Of a DNA stretch of 58,128 nucleotides, positions 52,996 to 58,128 are shown piece after piece. This DNA is from a bacterium (GTDB taxonomy: Bacteria > Chloroflexota > Dormibacteria > Aeolococcales > Aeolococcaceae). Below the pieces are notes generated by a model that ran no database searches, was not told the origin of the DNA, and worked only from the letters and a program-made list of their open reading frames with translations. The position numbers and the translations under genes are program-made. Where the stretch lies: NCBI GenBank assembly GCA_021803465.1, contig JAJZLL010000041.1, positions 66 to 58,193 of the forward strand, written 5' to 3'. The stretch's first letter is position 1. Every line of letters starts with the position of its first letter.

Positions 52996-54759
52996 ATGAA
53001 ACTATTCCATCCCAAGTTCAGAATGGTGTGCTGCTTTCTCATCGCACTTGGCGCGATCCTGTGCGACGCTCTCCCTGCAGCCGCTCTGTCTCCCATTGGA
53101 ACGAGTGGCTTTGAGATTACGACAGCAGCGGGAAATGGCACTGCGGGATTTCTTGGCGACAGTTCAGCAGCCACTTCTGCTGAGCTGGACAATCCATATG
53201 GAGTGGCAATCGATGCGCATGGAAACATCATCATCGCCGATTACCTCAACAACCGGATCCGCGTTCTTGCTGAAGCTACGGGCACGTTCTATCAACAGCC
53301 GATGGTGGCAGGCGACATCTACACGATCGCGGGAAATGGAACTGCTGGCTTTCAGGGTGATGGAGCTGCAGCAACTGCTGCGGAGCTGAACAATCCCAGG
53401 GGAGTCTATGTGGATGCATCAGGAGACATCCTTGTAGGAGACTACTTGAACAATCGCGTACGGGTGATCGCGGAGTCAACTGGTTCACACTATGGCCAGG
53501 CAATGACAGCAGGAGACATCTACACGATAGCCGGGAACGGAACGGGGGGATTTTCTGGAGATGGTGGGGCAGCAACAGCAGCAGAGCTTGTGAATCCTGT
53601 TGGTCTCGCAATTGATCCAAATGGAAATGTCGTAATTGCAGATGTGGGCAACAACCGTATTCGGGTAATTGCCGAATCGTCAGGCACGTTTTACCAGCAG
53701 GCAATGACAGCAGGCGACATCTACACGGTTGCAGGAGATGCAACCCAGGGGTATACGGGCACAGGAGGTCCGGCCACATCAGCTGAACTGTACTGGCCCC
53801 ACGATGTCCATGTTGACAGCAGTGGAAATCTTGTGATTGCTGACACGTACAACAATGTCATCCGTGTTGTTGCTGAATCGACTGGCACATATTATGGGCA
53901 GTCCATGACTGTGGGAGACATCTACACCATTGCGGGAAACGGCACTGCAGGATTTCTCGGCGATGGTGGTGCAGCAACATCAGCAGAGTTTGACACAATC
54001 TACAGCATTGCGTTCGATGCAGAAGGCAACATTCTCCTCACAGATGCCACGAACAACAGGATACGTGTCCTTGCTGAGTCGACTGGGATGATGTACGGCA
54101 TGCCGATGACTGCTGGGGACGTTTACACCATAGCGGGAGACGGCACAGCGGGGTTTGCGGGGGACGGAGGTGCTCCAGTCTCTGCCGAGCTGAATCTGCC
54201 TACTGGTCTCGTGACCAATTCTGCAGGGGATGTATTCATAGCGGACATTTACAACAACAGGATCCGCGAACTTCTTCCAACAGAGTCGTTGCAGGCGAGT
54301 GCAGCCATTGGTGCAGGAACACTGAGTTTTGTTTCCGCACCAGGGAATGTCACGTTTACCACTGCAACACTCACAGGAACGGACCAGACTGCCACAGCAT
54401 CGGAGACGCTCGATATCGGCGACAATACAGGGTCTGGTTCAGGCTGGAATGTCACGCTCTCCAATTCGGCATTCACTAGCGGCACGCACACGCTTCCCAG
54501 TGCAGATTTCACGGCAGCCACACCTGGCGTGCCCTCGTGTGACTCGGGTGTCTCCTGCTCAGCAGCCACCTGGTCAGCAAACGTTGCATATCCCTATGCG
54601 CTGCCAGGTGCCACAGCAACGAAGCTCCTTTCCGCATCGGCCACCACGGGCCGTGGTGACCAGACAGTCATCATTGCATGGAGCGAGAAGATTCCTGCTG
54701 CTGCATACACTGGCACGTACAGTTCCACCTGGACATTGACACTCGTGTCCGGGCCGTAA
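52996..54759 (+). CDS. secreted NHL-repeat (six-blade) protein with C-terminal WxL-like domain; paralog of 7655..9433
   Basis: Signal peptide; six ~67-aa repeats; DIGDNTGSGSGWNVTLSN, ATATKLLSA, GTYSSTWTLTLVSGP. Confidence 0.88.
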   Translation: MKLFHPKFRMVCCFLIALGAILCDALPAAALSPIGTSGFEITTAAGNGTAGFLGDSSAATSAELDNPYGVAIDAHGNIIIADYLNNRIRVLAEATGTFYQQPMVAGDIYTIAGNGTAGFQGDGAAATAAELNNPRGVYVDASGDILVGDYLNNRVRVIAESTGSHYGQAMTAGDIYTIAGNGTGGFSGDGGAATAAELVNPVGLAIDPNGNVVIADVGNNRIRVIAESSGTFYQQAMTAGDIYTVAGDATQGYTGTGGPATSAELYWPHDVHVDSSGNLVIADTYNNVIRVVAESTGTYYGQSMTVGDIYTIAGNGTAGFLGDGGAATSAEFDTIYSIAFDAEGNILLTDATNNRIRVLAESTGMMYGMPMTAGDVYTIAGDGTAGFAGDGGAPVSAELNLPTGLVTNSAGDVFIADIYNNRIRELLPTESLQASAAIGAGTLSFVSAPGNVTFTTATLTGTDQTATASETLDIGDNTGSGSGWNVTLSNSAFTSGTHTLPSADFTAATPGVPSCDSGVSCSAATWSANVAYPYALPGATATKLLSASATTGRGDQTVIIAWSEKIPAAAYTGTYSSTWTLTLVSGP

Positions 54760-54795
54760 GTCCGGGAAGTCAGTTCTTCTGCATCTCCCTGCAGA

Positions 54796-55872
54796 TCAGG
54801 CGACTGTCACCTCGGGATTGAGGTAGACGTCCTGGATTGCATGGAGCAGCTCGATGCCTTCCGCCATTGGCCGTTGGAACGCCTTTCTTCCGCTGATGAG
54901 TCCCATGCCGCCTGCCCGCTTGTTGATGACAGCAGTGCGCACTGCCTCAGCGAGGTCACCACTTCCTGTCGAAGCACCGCCTGAGTTGATGAGGCCGGAA
55001 CGGCCCATGTAGCAGTTCACGACCTGGTACCGTGTGAGATCAATGGGATGAGGGGTAGTGAGCTCGGAATACACTTTCGGGGAGGTTTTACCGAACTTGA
55101 GCGCTGTGTAGCCGCCGTTCGTCTCTGGTAGCTTCTGCTTGATGATGTCCGCCTGGATCGTGACTCCAAGGTGGTTTGCCTGGCCTGTGAGGTCGGCAGC
55201 GAGATGGTAGTCGACTCCATCGTGGTTGAACGCGGGATTGCGCAGGTAGCACCAGAGAATGGTTGCCATTCCGAGATCGTGGGCCATGGCGAACGCCTGG
55301 GAGACTTCCTGAAGCTGTCGGGTCGACTCGTCGGAGCCGAAGTAGATCGTTGCTCCGACAGCGACTGCACCCATGTCGTACGCCTGTTCGACAGAGGCGA
55401 ACATCACCTGGTCGAACCTGTTCGGATATGTGAGGAGCTCATTGTGGTTGAGCTTGCAGATGAAGGGAATGCGGTGGGCATACTTCCGGGCGACTGATCC
55501 AAGCACACCAAGCGTTGAGGCAACAGCGTTGCAGCCCCCCTCGAGGGCGAGCTCGACGATCGCCTCACTGTCAAAGTAGCGGGGTTCAGGCGCGAACGAT
55601 GCGCCTGCACTGTGCTCAATGCCCTGGTCAACAGGGAGGATGGAGAGATAGCCCGTTCCCGCAAGCCTGCCTGTGCCAAAGAGGGTCTGGAGGCTGCGGA
55701 GCACACGGATCGAGCGGTCCGATGCGGACCAGATCCGGTCAACGAACTCCGGTCCAGGAAGATGGAGAAGTGCCTTGTCAACTGTCGTGCATGAGTGTGT
55801 GAGAAGATCCGATGCATCAGTGCCGAGAAGGGCCTCAATGTCGGATGTTGTGCGGCTTGCTGTGGCAGTCAT
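54796..55872 (-). CDS. fbaB: class I fructose-bisphosphate aldolase (FbaB/DhnA type)
   Basis: [30 protein letters not shown] (Schiff-base Lys), [17 protein letters not shown]; start ATG 55872. Confidence 0.95.
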   Translation of the reverse strand: MTATASRTTSDIEALLGTDASDLLTHSCTTVDKALLHLPGPEFVDRIWSASDRSIRVLRSLQTLFGTGRLAGTGYLSILPVDQGIEHSAGASFAPEPRYFDSEAIVELALEGGCNAVASTLGVLGSVARKYAHRIPFICKLNHNELLTYPNRFDQVMFASVEQAYDMGAVAVGATIYFGSDESTRQLQEVSQAFAMAHDLGMATILWCYLRNPAFNHDGVDYHLAADLTGQANHLGVTIQADIIKQKLPETNGGYTALKFGKTSPKVYSELTTPHPIDLTRYQVVNCYMGRSGLINSGGASTGSGDLAEAVRTAVINKRAGGMGLISGRKAFQRPMAEGIELLHAIQDVYLNPEVTVA

Positions 55873-55979
55873 GGTGGATTCCTTCCCTGTGGTCCACATG
55901 ACAGTGGACGTTCCGGAGTCATTATGCTCATGATATACACCAGGCGCCAGGTGGGGCAGGGAGACATGCGGAGGGCAGA

Positions 55980-57290
55980 ATGGGCGAGCTGACAATCGAG
56001 GGCGGTACTCCGCTGCACGGAGATGTCGCCATGTCCGGGAGCAAGAATGCTGCTCTTCCCATCATGGCAGCAGCACTTCTCACGGACGAGCCTGTTGCGC
56101 TCACCAATGTGCCCAACATACGGGACATTGAGATCCTGGCTGATATTCTCACCTCGCTTGGATGCGTTGTGGAAAGGACTGCACAGGATGCCTGGACTAT
56201 CGAAGCACGCAACCTCACATCCGCAACAGTTGGCCATGAGCTTGCTGAGCGGATACGTGGCTCCATTCTCCTCATGGGAGCACTTGTGGGGAGGCTCGGC
56301 GAGGCAGTTGTGGCAAAGCCTGGGGGAGACGATATTGGTGTCCGCAGAGTTGAGCAGCACATTGAGGGTCTCCGCATGATGGGAGCAGAGGTGCAGACTC
56401 ACGAGCGGGAATATGTCGTTCGCGCGAACAGGCTTCGTGGCGCCTGGATTGAGCTTGACATGCCCACAGTCACTGGCACAGAGAACCTCATGATGGCCGC
56501 AACATGCGCTGAGGGTGTCACCATCATCCAGAATGCTGCACGAGAGCCCCATGTGGTGGATCTTGCAAGGTGCCTTGCCGGCATGGGTGTGCGCATCCAG
56601 GGGGCTGGCACTGACCACATCATGATCGAGGGCGTGAAGGGTCGTCCTCACGGGACACGGCATGCTGTCGTTGCGGACTACATCGAGGCGGGTACATATC
56701 TCATCGCAGCTGCAGCAACCAGGGGCAATGTCACTGTCACAGCGACTGATCCTGCTGACCTCACCTGGCTCATCAAGAAGCTTCGGGAAGTGGGGTGCGA
56801 TGTTGTGCAGGGCGCTGACCACGTGCGGGTCAGTGCGGCTGGACATGTGCTCCGTGGTGTGGATGTCACAACCTGGCCCCATCCGGGCTTCGCCACGGAT
56901 CTTCAGGCCCAATACGTCTCACTCATGACACAGGCAGAGGGCACGAGCGCTGTGAGCGAGGCAGTCTATGAGCACCGGTTCCGCCATGTTCCCGAACTTG
57001 TGAAAATGGGAGCCAAGGTGAATGTCGAGGGCCGGAGCGCCATTGTTACTGGACCGACAGTACTCAAGGGTAGTCCCGTGGACATCACGGACATCCGGAG
57101 TGGTGCAGCGCTCACCATAGCAGCACTGTGTGCAGAAGGGACGAGCACCCTCTCGAATGTCTTCCACCTCCACCGGGGGTACGAGTCGTTCGAGGAGAAG
57201 CTCCAGTCCCTTGGGGCGCGCATCAGCTTGTCGGATGCTGGGGATACGACGGATGTTGCTGGACGGATGCGGTCAGTCATTGGCGACTGA
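55980..57290 (+). CDS. murA: UDP-N-acetylglucosamine 1-carboxyvinyltransferase, Asp-type active site
   Basis: [50 protein letters not shown]. Confidence 0.96.
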   Translation: MGELTIEGGTPLHGDVAMSGSKNAALPIMAAALLTDEPVALTNVPNIRDIEILADILTSLGCVVERTAQDAWTIEARNLTSATVGHELAERIRGSILLMGALVGRLGEAVVAKPGGDDIGVRRVEQHIEGLRMMGAEVQTHEREYVVRANRLRGAWIELDMPTVTGTENLMMAATCAEGVTIIQNAAREPHVVDLARCLAGMGVRIQGAGTDHIMIEGVKGRPHGTRHAVVADYIEAGTYLIAAAATRGNVTVTATDPADLTWLIKKLREVGCDVVQGADHVRVSAAGHVLRGVDVTTWPHPGFATDLQAQYVSLMTQAEGTSAVSEAVYEHRFRHVPELVKMGAKVNVEGRSAIVTGPTVLKGSPVDITDIRSGAALTIAALCAEGTSTLSNVFHLHRGYESFEEKLQSLGARISLSDAGDTTDVAGRMRSVIGD

Positions 57291-57316
57291 TTCCGGAAAG
57301 CCCAACGTGGGAATGC

Positions 57317-58128
57317 ATGGCCATGCTTGGTAGGAAGGTGGGAATTGCGATCGAGGGTGAGACCATCCGAACCTGCACAAGGCTTGGGGGAAGGGTTGTC
57401 AGCATACCCGCCTGCATTGCACGGAGTGCGCGTCTTGGGAGTGCACGTCACTATGTGGGAGAGGATGCGCTTGCCCGTCATGCGCAGGATCCGGAGACAT
57501 GGGAGATCCACTGGCCACTTCTTGGCACAGAACATCATGACAAGGATGGAGTGTACCAGCTTCTCCGGGAAGTGGTCATCCGCATGCTCGGCAGGGGACG
57601 GGTGTTCCGTCCAGAAGTCATCTGCGCAGTGGATCCAGAGCTCAGTGGCACTGCGAGAAGGCAGTTGCTGCAGGTGTTTTCCTCCTTTGGAACACGCACT
57701 GCATATCTTGTGGACCTTCCTGTCGCACACATGCTGGCCCTCCAGAAGTCGCACGCCCACCTGGGCCGATATGTCCTCCTTGACTGCAGCAAGCACCGCA
57801 TCGGCTGCTCTGTCATTGCTGACGGCTATGTCATCTCAGATGTCAGTCTGAGGGAGCGGATGGATTCACCTGCAGCTACTGAGCGGGAACCACTTCCAGA
57901 GGATACGCTGATTTCCCTGTTCGAAGAAGCGCAGGCCCGTGCGCCACGCGATGTGTGGGATGCGGCGTACACCCATGGTGTGGTGCTGACTGGAGCCTTG
58001 GCATCGAATCCCTCGGTGCAGCAGCGTGCATCTGCCCTTATGGGCACAGCCCTCCATGTCACAGCAGATCCGGAATTTCATGCAGTGCGGGGTGTCACGC
58101 AGGCGATAGACGACTGGAATGCGATCAA
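57317..58128 (+). CDS. MreB/Mbl-like actin-fold protein with degenerate ATP motifs and an internal deletion (runs off the window end)
   Basis: Manually translated, open to the end (270 codons): MAMLGRKVGIAIEG..., VGEDA, WPL, FRPEVICAV, AYLVDLPVA, VLLDCSKH, GVVLTGALA, LHVTADP..AVRG; colinear with MreB landmarks; follows murA. Confidence 0.8.
   Translation, partial: MAMLGRKVGIAIEGETIRTCTRLGGRVVSIPACIARSARLGSARHYVGEDALARHAQDPETWEIHWPLLGTEHHDKDGVYQLLREVVIRMLGRGRVFRPEVICAVDPELSGTARRQLLQVFSSFGTRTAYLVDLPVAHMLALQKSHAHLGRYVLLDCSKHRIGCSVIADGYVISDVSLRERMDSPAATEREPLPEDTLISLFEEAQARAPRDVWDAAYTHGVVLTGALASNPSVQQRASALMGTALHVTADPEFHAVRGVTQAIDDWNAI

Noticed and set aside
57327-57851. 174-aa ORF listed in the track after murA
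   Set aside because: Alternative frame; the credible gene is the MreB-like frame starting at 57317.

Overview
A ~58 kb stretch of bacterial core chromosome from a monoderm-type lineage. Actinobacteria-like clpS/DUF2017/UPF0182 genes sit with a Firmicutes/Chloroflexota-like gene order; a Dormibacterota/Chloroflexota-like organism is my guess, not something I could verify. Backbone: Glu/Leu/Phe/Val dehydrogenase (partial), ABC exporter, tRNA-CAT, tilS, ftsH, phhA, clpS, rpsA, clpC, uvrA, UPF0182, pyrG, clpP, rpmE-prfA-prmC, tsaC, frameshifted glyA, wecA-like, a complete F1Fo atp operon, GDPD, fbaB and murA. I saw no integrase, transposase, reverse transcriptase, rRNA or CRISPR array. The most striking pattern is six uninterrupted ORFs, several at the usual chromosomal position of their family, that keep a recognisable enzyme fold but lack key catalytic residues: PanD-like, NadC-like, HtrA-like, MBL-fold, GlpX-like, and an MreB-like protein (absent from the ORF track) missing its ATP motifs and subdomain IIB. 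Other points: the tilS start codon lies 1 nt after the tRNA discriminator base; a secreted double beta-propeller/bulb-lectin gene is flanked by a diverged ~318 bp duplicate of the GDPD 3' end; two NHL-propeller/WxL-like surface-protein paralogs; several apparently leaderless promoters. All family and residue assignments are by-eye motif comparisons from memory; no searches were run.
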